64,000 nt of DNA from Alloprevotella sp. (GTDB lineage: Bacteria; Bacteroidota; Bacteroidia; Bacteroidales; Bacteroidaceae): positions 4,279-68,278 of the forward strand of contig JAFVDF010000003.1 in assembly GCA_017478625.1 (NCBI GenBank). The letters run 5' to 3'. Below the pieces are notes generated by a model. It saw nothing but the letters and a program-made list of their open reading frames with translations. It was not told where the DNA came from and made no database searches. Numbering within the stretch: position 1 is the first letter of the stretch; every line of letters begins with the position of its first letter. The translations under genes were made by a program, and so were the position numbers. Positions 1 through 9,032 of the stretch are shown here, one piece after another.

Positions 1-2
1 AA

Positions 3-275
3 CTTAAATACTTTGGCAAATGGTTGTTTGAATATGGGCGCTTACAAGACAAGCAGGATTCGCTCAACAAAATCTTACGCTCAGAGTTCCTGGATGACAA
101 TATTATCGTTAATCTGATAATGCAATATCCAGACCAAGTTGTAGCTATAGTGATGAAATCGGAAGATAATAGCGACTTTGTCAATAAACTAATAGCTTTA
201 CGAAATACCAAGTATAAGGATAATGCTGAAATTGAAAGGATATGCGATTCAATTAAACCAGAGAGTGAAAAATAA
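3..275 (+). CDS. C-terminal part of a hypothetical protein (5' end outside window)
   Basis: Frame +3 is open from the window start (LKYFGKWLFEYGRL...) to TAA at 273-275. AT-rich; no diagnostic motif. Confidence 0.6.
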   Translation, partial: LKYFGKWLFEYGRLQDKQDSLNKILRSEFLDDNIIVNLIMQYPDQVVAIVMKSEDNSDFVNKLIALRNTKYKDNAEIERICDSIKPESEK

Positions 276-310
276 TAGAAATTATACAGGCGACAATCTC
301 AGTTAAACAA

Positions 311-351
311 TTCGGGCGGAAACTAACAAAACATCGCAGTTTCCGTCCGAA
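311..351. terminator. Hairpin between convergent genes
   Basis: TTCGGGCGGAAACT (311-324) and AGTTTCCGTCCGAA (338-351) are 13/14 complementary. Confidence 0.45.
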
Positions 352-417
352 ATATTATGTGGTTTATGTCCGAAGCCAGAAAGAATACAAAACCTGACAG
401 TTCGTTTGAAGTAGCAG

Positions 418-1062
418 TTACTTGTCGATTATATTCACAGTCCAACCGAGGTGTAAAGCATTGCTGATACGGTCAAGCATTTTCTTTTTGTCTTTGGTAT
501 TGCTGTGAGTCAAAACATAAAGTCCGCGCTCTACTTCACGCTGAGCATGACCGTACTTCTGATCTTTGGTGGTCGAGACAATGTTGATACGGCAGTATTT
601 GAGACCAAGTTGGCGAACACGAAGGGGGCCAGTTTCAACGATGGCGGCAACGAAGGTAGTGGCAGCATCACGTTCTTGTAGTATAGAACCATCTTTACGA
701 TAAACGCATAGTCCTGTTCCAGGAGCTTTCTTTTCCTGCTTTGTAGCCCGCGGCCCAAGTTCCTTATGCTCCACTTGTGGGTCAGGCTCAAGCCGCTTTG
801 CTTCGAGAAGTTCTGCGATATTGGTTTTGCGCGACAAGGCAACGCTGATGGGTTCGCCTGGCTTGTACTCCACTACAAGCACGAGTTCACGCTGTATCTG
901 CGACAAACGTGGTTCGATGTCTTTACTCAAAGTGGGCAGAACTTCAGTTTTGATGAGCTGTTCCTCCAGTTCATCTGCTTTCTTCAGCATCTCGTCTGTC
1001 AGGGTCAGCCCCACTTTCTCCAACCCTTTGATGCTGGCGTATAAGGTTTCAAGTTTGGTCAT
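418..1062 (-). CDS. Hypothetical protein with N-terminal coiled region and C-terminal SeqA-like (putative methylated-DNA-binding) domain
   Basis: 214-aa ORF. C-terminal GLYVLTHSNTKDKKKMLDRIS resembles the SeqA C-domain PYWVITNTNTGRKCSMIEHIM. Last gene of the RM-like operon. Confidence 0.6.
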   Translation of the reverse strand: MTKLETLYASIKGLEKVGLTLTDEMLKKADELEEQLIKTEVLPTLSKDIEPRLSQIQRELVLVVEYKPGEPISVALSRKTNIAELLEAKRLEPDPQVEHKELGPRATKQEKKAPGTGLCVYRKDGSILQERDAATTFVAAIVETGPLRVRQLGLKYCRINIVSTTKDQKYGHAQREVERGLYVLTHSNTKDKKKMLDRISNALHLGWTVNIIDK

Positions 1063-1070
1063 AATACCTT

Positions 1071-1634
1071 TTATATACTATCTTTCATTAAAAACTGTTT
1101 AAGTTCTTGATATTGGCCTTCATCCATATGAATAGTCCGAGTACAAGTAGATAAGCAAAGAGCACAAATTGAAACGACAACTGCAATTGTCGATATTATT
1201 ACAGCGCAGGAAGACCACTTGTTGGCTGTTTTGGCCTCCGCTGTTTGTTTAACGGATTCCTCTGTTTGTTTTTTGGCTTCATCGGTTTGCTTAGAACTTT
1301 CAGATGTCTGCTTATTTATTTCTTCAAGCTGCTTCCTCATATAATATTGCGATTGCAATTCGCGTAACATATTGAGAAAATGTGGTAATATGTTGGGGTA
1401 ATAATGCTCTTTTGCAGCTTGTCCGGTTAAACTCTCATTTCCCACAATAACAGGTGGAATTGTAGTATCTATCCAATTGGGAGAAGATTCGTTGTTATTT
1501 TGACAAAACTCCTTTATAGTGTTTTTTACTTTTTCTATAAAGTTTACCTTTCCCTTTGGCGTTGAATTTAAAGTAACTTCACCCTCTATAATAAGGGATT
1601 CAAGTATTCCTATTTGGCTATCGGTTATTGTCAT
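1071..1634 (-). CDS. Hypothetical membrane-anchored protein with KQTxExx heptad repeats
   Basis: ORF overlaps the MTase stop; likely start MTITDSQ at 1634. Four heptads are followed by a hydrophobic helix AVIISTIAVVVSICALCL. AT-rich. Confidence 0.65.
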   Translation of the reverse strand: MTITDSQIGILESLIIEGEVTLNSTPKGKVNFIEKVKNTIKEFCQNNNESSPNWIDTTIPPVIVGNESLTGQAAKEHYYPNILPHFLNMLRELQSQYYMRKQLEEINKQTSESSKQTDEAKKQTEESVKQTAEAKTANKWSSCAVIISTIAVVVSICALCLSTCTRTIHMDEGQYQELKQFLMKDSI

Positions 1635-4600
1635 ATTGCACAATTGTTTTATTGTATTCTTCTTTTGTTATTGGTGTTTCTGGGTCAACAATGAGGACTT
1701 CGTCATAGGTCAAGCCATAGAGGTGATAGAAAAGGTTGTCAACCTCTTGCTCTTGTGAAGTTGTTTCTACACCATGAGATTGCAACTTGGCTGTGAGAAT
1801 CTCGTCTACAAGATTCTCGATACGATTTTGAACATCCTTTGATGCAGACGGGATAGGTAGTTGTTCGTATAGATATGTCTGTATTTCAGGGAATACATCC
1901 GTCTTTTTTGTTGAGAACTTCTTCTTATAGTAGAAGTCAACAACCTTTGAATTAATACATGCCAGTAGATAGCGTATGCCATAATCGCAGTCTAAACGCC
2001 GTCTTATACCATATACATTTTTGTTGTAACCATAATGTTTACCAAATGAGATGGTGGCTTCTAACATAGAGTCGACACGACGTAGATATATTGCTTCTGA
2101 GTCAAAAAAATTCTTTAATCGCCTATATTCTTTATGGGCTGTCGGTAGATATGTTTTGTTCCACGAAATCGAATATTTGCGCATATCTTGCCCTATAAGC
2201 GTTTCAATTCCTGAGCTGTTATTCCGTAAGAAATTTTTAGAGACTTCTGCTCCTCTTTTAGACTCCGTGAGGCTTCCTAAAGGTTTACCTGACTCATACA
2301 TTTTTTGGAGGATGGTAATTATTTCAGCTTTTAAGCCGAATGTCATCTCATTGTACTTGTTTGTTTTACAGTATTCTTTATCCAAGTCATCATATCTGAC
2401 AAAAGACTTTGCTTCTGCATCATAATCGAGATATGGAATGCTGATACTTTGTGGAGTATCTGTCCTTATAATAGTAATAGCATTCTCTGTAACAGCATCA
2501 AATGGATTACAGGTCGCAATAGACAGTAAGTCCACGCGATTCATAAAATATAGACGCATTTTATTGTCATCTCTGTTCAATAAGAAGAACTTTGGAGTTA
2601 TCATTGAAACTATACCTTTCGAACGACACAGTTTCTTTAACGATAATTCAAAGAACATTTTATATAGGTCATTGTTCCATTCATAATTTGTATACAAACT
2701 AACAGGCACAACGACATAAGGAGGATTACCAATCACAATCTCAAAACCATCCTTCACCCCAAACATCCACTCTGAGTCGAAGAATAAAGATGATGCATTT
2801 TGGTCGAACATATCCCAGTTTGCCAAGAGTTGTGCTGCCCCCTGGCTAACGAAACCTGTATCCTCTATTGCTTTAGCAAGTTCAAGACGTGTTTCTTTAA
2901 TATCCTTCTTTAATCGTTGCTTGTCAACGTTTCGTTTAGCAAGGAAAATTTGATGGTTCAACTCTTTTAGCGTTTCCTTCTTTGATAAAATTTCTTCTGT
3001 TGATTCAAAGAGGCTTGCATCATAGCCCACAGGGATGAGTGTATTCGCTGCCACAAACTTTGATTCAAGGTTAGGCAGCGGACGGATGCCAAAGTTGTGA
3101 GCAGCATCTTTGGTCGGTTTTTGGTCAACCACAAGAGAAATAAAGAAACGCAGTTTGGAAATCTGCACGGCTATGGGTTGTATGTCAACGCCATAGATGC
3201 AATGCTCTATCAGATAGAGCTTGCGAGCATAGTCAGGGTCATTGATGCTCTTGTCAAATGCCTCTTCTATATCTTTCAGGCGTGCTTCACGCTCTTCTTT
3301 TTCGTTTGTCGCAAAAGCAACTTTTGACTGCTCTATGGCAAGGTCTATCATAAAGTCCTTCCACATATCATTGGTAGGATCAAGTTGACGAAGGACATGT
3401 ACCAACTGTTGAAGAATGCCCATCGGAAATGCACCCGAGCCACAAGCAGGGTCAAGGACTCGACAGTTGTAAACTGCCTGCATGATGGCTTTACGCTGTT
3501 CCTCGTTGAGCGTTGTTTCCTCAGTAGAGTAACTAAGCAGTTTACGGTACTCAGGCTCCAGTTCATCACCGCATGTACGCTTCAAGTGGGCCACCAGACT
3601 TTCATCAACCATGTACTGCACGATTTCGCGAGGTGTATAGAATGAGCCTGTCTGCTTACGGGCAGAGGTCTTTGTCTCAGGGTTGTAAGATGCCAACAGG
3701 TTCTCAAAAGCCTTACCCAACAATTCTGGGTCAAGAGAAACTTCCTGGTCAAGAGGTGTATTCTCTTCGATAGTGAAGTTATAGCGTTTCAAAATATCGA
3801 TGATACCTCGTGCCGATACGCTTTTCTTGTTGTTATCGCCATACCACTGTGAAAGGTCAATGCTTCGTCCTACTTCTTCACCAAAGAAAAGCCAATCAGG
3901 AAGATACAACTGTTCCAGTGACTCTTTCCTTTCTGAGAATCCATCGTAATAAAGTTTTTCAGGCTTCTTATCTAAACAGTCGAACAAGCCACCATTTAGA
4001 AAAGGTACATGACTATTTGCCATCTGTACGAACTCATCGGCACCACCTTCTTTGAAGTCAGCCTTATAACGCATTAGGTTGTTTACGTTATAACCATCTC
4101 GCAAGAAACCTTTTTGGAAGTCGCCTCGGAAACGACGGTTGTTAGGTGTTTCCTTACCTTCTGCTACAATGGGGCAGTTGAGCATCGCAAAGAAGAGGTT
4201 CTGCAAGATAAGCCGATAGTACTTGCTTTCCTCTGGGTTATAGAGCAAGTTCCTACGGTCGTGAGGGTTGAACTCCTCAATGAAGTGTTCCTTGATGTAT
4301 CGTTCGTCAAAGAACTCTTCGGGGATAAGATGCTTCTGTTTGAGGAACCACACAAAGATGAGACGGGTGATGAGACGAATACAACTTTCGTGGTTGAATT
4401 TATCATCGTCTGTATCAGTTGTAAGGTCGTTCGGGAAACGAGCCACCTGAACAGCCCAAGCATACCAATCGCTAAGCTCGGAGTAGAACTTCTTTGTGAG
4501 CAAGTCGCTGGAGAATACTTCCATCCAGTGCTTGTAAAGTTCCTCATAATTAGGATAGGTCTTGTCACCGATAGAGGCTAAGATGTCAATGTGTCCCCGA

Positions 4601-5121
4601 TGGGGATTGTTACAGTTGATACCCCGAAGAATGCTCACCTTACCCAGTTTCTCGCCGTCGCGCCACTGCTGCGTATATTCACTGCGCTCGCAAGTAGAGA
4701 GTGCCAACTCGTTTCCTTGTTTGATGAACAGGATGACAGGCTGTGCCGATGCAATGCGGTTGAATCCACGAGTGAGCGTGGCACTCTCGGTACGTGTGAG
4801 CGTGGCTCCACGATGCAACTCAACGGCAAAGATCATCAAACCCGTGTATTTCCCCTCTGATGCGCGGGTTGTCACTTCTTCAGCAGAAAGAGTCTCTGCA
4901 CCACCAGTAAGAGATGATTCGTCCACGGTGCCGATAAAGAAAGTATTATCCACCTTGGCAAGTACCTCTTTCAGAGCCTTTGACAAGTCTAAGGGATAGA
5001 GGTTTTCAAATGGCACAGGAACACGTGTCACCTCGTTAAATACTATATGCAGGTGGTTCAGCAGGGCTGCACAGGCATCAAACAGCGATTCGTTGACAAA
5101 CTTTTTTAGAACTGTATTCAT
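1618..5121 (-). CDS. Type IIG/Eco57I-like N6-adenine DNA methyltransferase with C-terminal TaqI-like target recognition domain
   Basis: 1167 aa. Motif X GSFYTPREIV, motif I VLDPACGSGAF, IYGVDIQ, motif IV VIGNPPY, and C-terminal YLLACINS..LPIP TRD pattern. Confidence 0.9.
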   Translation of the reverse strand: MNTVLKKFVNESLFDACAALLNHLHIVFNEVTRVPVPFENLYPLDLSKALKEVLAKVDNTFFIGTVDESSLTGGAETLSAEEVTTRASEGKYTGLMIFAVELHRGATLTRTESATLTRGFNRIASAQPVILFIKQGNELALSTCERSEYTQQWRDGEKLGKVSILRGINCNNPHRGHIDILASIGDKTYPNYEELYKHWMEVFSSDLLTKKFYSELSDWYAWAVQVARFPNDLTTDTDDDKFNHESCIRLITRLIFVWFLKQKHLIPEEFFDERYIKEHFIEEFNPHDRRNLLYNPEESKYYRLILQNLFFAMLNCPIVAEGKETPNNRRFRGDFQKGFLRDGYNVNNLMRYKADFKEGGADEFVQMANSHVPFLNGGLFDCLDKKPEKLYYDGFSERKESLEQLYLPDWLFFGEEVGRSIDLSQWYGDNNKKSVSARGIIDILKRYNFTIEENTPLDQEVSLDPELLGKAFENLLASYNPETKTSARKQTGSFYTPREIVQYMVDESLVAHLKRTCGDELEPEYRKLLSYSTEETTLNEEQRKAIMQAVYNCRVLDPACGSGAFPMGILQQLVHVLRQLDPTNDMWKDFMIDLAIEQSKVAFATNEKEEREARLKDIEEAFDKSINDPDYARKLYLIEHCIYGVDIQPIAVQISKLRFFISLVVDQKPTKDAAHNFGIRPLPNLESKFVAANTLIPVGYDASLFESTEEILSKKETLKELNHQIFLAKRNVDKQRLKKDIKETRLELAKAIEDTGFVSQGAAQLLANWDMFDQNASSLFFDSEWMFGVKDGFEIVIGNPPYVVVPVSLYTNYEWNNDLYKMFFELSLKKLCRSKGIVSMITPKFFLLNRDDNKMRLYFMNRVDLLSIATCNPFDAVTENAITIIRTDTPQSISIPYLDYDAEAKSFVRYDDLDKEYCKTNKYNEMTFGLKAEIITILQKMYESGKPLGSLTESKRGAEVSKNFLRNNSSGIETLIGQDMRKYSISWNKTYLPTAHKEYRRLKNFFDSEAIYLRRVDSMLEATISFGKHYGYNKNVYGIRRRLDCDYGIRYLLACINSKVVDFYYKKKFSTKKTDVFPEIQTYLYEQLPIPSASKDVQNRIENLVDEILTAKLQSHGVETTSQEQEVDNLFYHLYGLTYDEVLIVDPETPITKEEYNKTIVQYDNNR

Positions 5122-5201
5122 AAGGCATCATCTTGTCTTTGGGTTATGCTGACTTACTTACGTATTGACTTCGTCGATTAGCGGCTTCGGCTCGGCAATA
5201 A

Positions 5202-8200
5202 TCAAACAGGTTTGTTATTGCTCTCGCTCTTGCTCACGAATTCCCACACAATCAGGTCAAAATTCTCCTTCTTGAATTTTTCTTCCAGTAGTTGGACACT
5301 CTTTTCCTGTTTTGTGGTTTTATGAATGGTTTTCCGTGACTGGGCTATTTGCAGAATAGCAGCTGTGGCTTGCTGTGGAACTTTGGACTCCATCCATTGC
5401 TGGATAATGTTCGACAGTTTTTGCAAGCGTTCTTTGTTATTGGTCTCTATCCATTCTGGCACAAAACGGTCTTGACTCTTGTTTTTACGCAGGAATTCCA
5501 GTACCTCCGCACGGTTGAGTTCCTGATATGTAGCAGAGAGACGAGTGTCGGCAGGTTGGCACATCAGATAGATTTCAGAGTAAGGCTTATTGTTTCCTTG
5601 CTCCCGGTGGGGATACCCAACGACTGCAACCAGACTTTCTGGTATCTTATCAAAGAGAGTATCATCGAAACGAAATCCTGAGAAAATACCGTTTGGCATT
5701 TTACGGAATACTTCCTTATGTTTCTCGAAGTAGTCTATCAGGTCCTGGCGATATACCTCAAAGGAGAAGTCCTTCAATGAGAGTGTGCGTGGCGATTCGA
5801 TATCGCTAATGCTATTATTCTGCAATTCTTCAAGTAAACGGTCAGCATTCTTGTCCTGTAACGGATTGTCGGCTTCCATCTTCAGATAGGCATCATTCAG
5901 TTGTTGCGTCTCAGAGCCGACAAGATTCATCGCCACCATGCGGTTCATGATGCGCGTTTCCAGATGGAGATAATCCTCAAAAGACTTAGCGGGCCAGAAG
6001 TTGACACAGCGGATAGACTTGCAAGGTGACCCAATACGGTCGATACGACCAAAACGCTGAATCAAGCGAACAGGATTCCAATGAATATCATAGTTAATCT
6101 GCATATCAGCATCTTGAAGGTTCTGTCCTTCTGAGAGACAGTCAGTTGCAATGAGAATGTCAATGCCATCATCCAATAAGCTTTTTATGTTGGAGCGGCG
6201 TTCTTCTATAAGTTCTTGCCATAGGCTGAAAGGCACTACCCATCTACGCTTGTCATCATCATAGTATTCTTCACGACTAAGTTTAGCCTCTTCATAGAGG
6301 TCACTCCAATCCAGTTCCTTGTAGAGTTTGCTATATGGAGCAAAGCTCTGGAGCACTTCATTGAAATGGCTGGTGTTGTGCCGTCCAGTTGTATGTATCT
6401 CTTGACCCGATACCGAAGCCATACGAGAGAATCCACGTTTCTGCAGTTCGTCGAAGATGAACTTGGCAGTATCAGCGTATGCAGTGAAGATGACCACTTT
6501 CTTGTTAGAAGCTTGACGTTTTTCCTCCAAAATAGAAATCAGTCTCTCCAACTTACGATCCTGCTCAAAACCGTTCTTGTAATCTTCCGCAAAGGCATCA
6601 AGACTTTCGCAGATAGCCCGCAGTTTATTGACATCCATGCGAAGCCCACGCTCAAAGCCTCCCAAGTTCTTCATGTCTATTAGGTTGATGGTTCCTTTAC
6701 GTAGAGTGAAGATGTCGTCGGTGTCGTTGTTCTCGTCATCATCGGGAATTTCCACTTCCAGTTTACCACTTGCTTTCTGTTCCTTGAAAGCAACTACTTT
6801 CGCAAGCGTCTGTTCATGGACCTCCAACACCTTCTTGATGGTAGTGCGACATGAGTGCCAACTGCTTTCCAAACGCTTCATAAATAGAATACCCATCATC
6901 TTGACAAGGAAACGCTCACGGTTTACATCATCGTTCCAATCGCCAGAGGCTTCTTTTTCCGCATCTTTGCGTGAGGCATGAAGGAAAAGACTCGGCTGGT
7001 AAGCTGTGAGGCTCAGTGCGGCAAAGGCAGCATAGATTTTTTTCGTGGAATGGTATTTGCCAAAGTGGTCAACACCTTGATAAACATTGTAAGGTTTTTC
7101 CTTATTCGGGAACCCAAGGTCTTCGCCCAAGGTGTTCTCTATGAGCTTACGGGTACGGGCAACAATCAGTTTGTCCGTCAGATTGAAAAACTTTGGAGGG
7201 AGGAGAGAGATAAATGAGCCTATAGTGCGGTCTGGATCGCTACACCATTGTGTGTATTTACGCTGACTGTCTGCAAACAGATTTCGCAGTGATTCCACAT
7301 TGAAATCTTCCGTATCGAATGCTGCATCATTTCCGTGACCAATAAGGTTGAATTGGCCTTTTACGTCATTTAATCCAGTATTGATAGGCGTAGCAGAAAG
7401 CATCAGCACTTTTACGTCACGCCCGTTGTCAGGGTCTTGACTTTGAATAAGGTTCTGAAGGAGATCCTGGTAGCGACCAGACTTTTCATTGCGAAGGTTG
7501 TGGCTTTCATCAATGACAATGAGAACTTTCTTCCTTGACTGTAGCCAGCTAAGCGGTGCATCATCGTAGGCATTTTGTAGACGCTCGTTCTGAAGGTCGG
7601 TGTGGAAACGAACGATATAATCAAACTCATCTTTATCAAAGCGAGAACCATGACGCTTAAGGTATTGTGTCCAGTTCTGCTCCAGTTTCTTCGGACAAAG
7701 TAAGACCGTGACATAGTTTTGTGTCTGGAAATACTTGATGACAGCAAGTGCTGAGAATGTTTTACCTAAACCTACCGCATCGGCAAGAATGGCTCCATTA
7801 TATTTTCGGAGCATCTTGATAAGAGAGATAACACCCTGTTGCTGATACTTGAACAGTGTATTCCATATCTCGCTCGTCTGGAGAAGAGACATGTCTTGAC
7901 GATGTTCAATAGAGCCGTCCAATTCAATGTCTGAATTGAAGAGTTCAAAGAGGATCTTGTAATAGATTTCTTCGGGAGTATACCGACGGAAATAGTCATC
8001 AATCTTTTTGATGAAATAGTCTTTGACGCTAATTTTCTCAGACTTTGGATTTGTTGGGTCTGATGGGATTTGCTCTGTTGCCATCTTCCAGATTTCCTCG
8101 AACCAAGAACAGACTTCTTGGTAGTCCTTGTCACTCAGTTTAACAGGGTTACCATTCGTCAACTCTATGTTTGATGTTGCCTTCAGTCCCAATCCTGCAT

Positions 8201-8645
8201 CGGTGAGATTGCTACTACCAGCCAAATAGAAACTGTCATTCTTCGGGTTGTTGTTCTTGAACATGTATGCCTTGGCATGACAGAAGGCATTGACAATGGC
8301 TTTTATCTGCACGGTGTTTCTTTGTAAAAACGCTTTTGCGTCGCGTGCATATTCATCAAGGTTGAGGGTAGTCTCTATACCCGTGTCACCATTCAGGAGG
8401 TCAATGATATGGTTCTTGCCCTCTTCTTGCATCACCATTTCAGACGATACAATGCGGAATACATCTTCTTCTGGTAGTTCATGATAGAGTTTACTGAGGG
8501 CTCGGATTGTGAAATAACCTGTCACAATATCCATATTGCCGACCTGTTCTGATGGCTTACCAGAAAATTCATTGATGAAATCCCAAACAGTAACAATGTT
8601 AAAGCCAGAGTCGGGATATCTGTTAGTCTTGTTGTCTATGAGCAT
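5202..8645 (-). CDS. SNF2-family helicase with N-terminal phospholipase D (HKD) nuclease domain
   Basis: 1147 aa. PLD motif HAKAY...GSSNLT, Walker A ILADAVGLGKT, DESH box, SATP, and helicase-C motifs ATDCLSEGQNLQ and QRFGRIDR. Confidence 0.9.
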   Translation of the reverse strand: MLIDNKTNRYPDSGFNIVTVWDFINEFSGKPSEQVGNMDIVTGYFTIRALSKLYHELPEEDVFRIVSSEMVMQEEGKNHIIDLLNGDTGIETTLNLDEYARDAKAFLQRNTVQIKAIVNAFCHAKAYMFKNNNPKNDSFYLAGSSNLTDAGLGLKATSNIELTNGNPVKLSDKDYQEVCSWFEEIWKMATEQIPSDPTNPKSEKISVKDYFIKKIDDYFRRYTPEEIYYKILFELFNSDIELDGSIEHRQDMSLLQTSEIWNTLFKYQQQGVISLIKMLRKYNGAILADAVGLGKTFSALAVIKYFQTQNYVTVLLCPKKLEQNWTQYLKRHGSRFDKDEFDYIVRFHTDLQNERLQNAYDDAPLSWLQSRKKVLIVIDESHNLRNEKSGRYQDLLQNLIQSQDPDNGRDVKVLMLSATPINTGLNDVKGQFNLIGHGNDAAFDTEDFNVESLRNLFADSQRKYTQWCSDPDRTIGSFISLLPPKFFNLTDKLIVARTRKLIENTLGEDLGFPNKEKPYNVYQGVDHFGKYHSTKKIYAAFAALSLTAYQPSLFLHASRKDAEKEASGDWNDDVNRERFLVKMMGILFMKRLESSWHSCRTTIKKVLEVHEQTLAKVVAFKEQKASGKLEVEIPDDDENNDTDDIFTLRKGTINLIDMKNLGGFERGLRMDVNKLRAICESLDAFAEDYKNGFEQDRKLERLISILEEKRQASNKKVVIFTAYADTAKFIFDELQKRGFSRMASVSGQEIHTTGRHNTSHFNEVLQSFAPYSKLYKELDWSDLYEEAKLSREEYYDDDKRRWVVPFSLWQELIEERRSNIKSLLDDGIDILIATDCLSEGQNLQDADMQINYDIHWNPVRLIQRFGRIDRIGSPCKSIRCVNFWPAKSFEDYLHLETRIMNRMVAMNLVGSETQQLNDAYLKMEADNPLQDKNADRLLEELQNNSISDIESPRTLSLKDFSFEVYRQDLIDYFEKHKEVFRKMPNGIFSGFRFDDTLFDKIPESLVAVVGYPHREQGNNKPYSEIYLMCQPADTRLSATYQELNRAEVLEFLRKNKSQDRFVPEWIETNNKERLQKLSNIIQQWMESKVPQQATAAILQIAQSRKTIHKTTKQEKSVQLLEEKFKKENFDLIVWEFVSKSESNNKPV

Positions 8646-8808
8646 ACTGTACTCTTAAAAAGAAATTCTCAACATAGTGTATCGACAGACAACCAAGCCC
8701 TTTTTACACAGCGAGGGAGTTCTATTATTCTTTGTTCTGCCTTACGGATTCTGGCGGTCTTTATCGAGAATATCCGCACTTCGATAAAGGCACAAAATGG
8801 TGCTTGCA

Positions 8809-9010
8809 CCATTCGTCTCTTTCTAAAAGACGTAGAGAAGCCAACAGTCCTCTTATATCACAGTTTTAGGCGCTATTCTTACCTGCTTTTGCTAAACAAA
8901 GTCAAAAAAAATAGCACCTCTAACGCCACTTTTATTTTATAATAAGGTGGATTTTACCAAAAACGAGTACCTTTGTGGTAAATATCCGTCTCTTAGAAAG
9001 AGATGAATGG
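8809..9010. repeat. 24-bp inverted repeats flanking a 154-bp segment (candidate invertible promoter)
   Basis: CCATTCGTCTCTTTCTAAAAGACG (8809-8832) vs CGTCTCTTAGAAAGAGATGAATGG (8987-9010): 22/24 reverse-complement match, ending 22 bp from the recombinase stop. Confidence 0.75.
8968..8975 (+). promoter_or_regulatory. Bacteroidetes -7 promoter element inside the invertible segment
   Basis: TACCTTTG matches TAnnTTTG, 11 bp before the right inverted repeat. It points away from the helicase gene. Confidence 0.55.
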
Positions 9011-9032
9011 ATATAGCTAGACAATCCTTGAT

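Noticed and set aside
3-275. Assigning the partial first ORF to a KAP/P-loop NTPase defence family
   Set aside because: Only about 90 C-terminal residues are visible and they contain no diagnostic motif.
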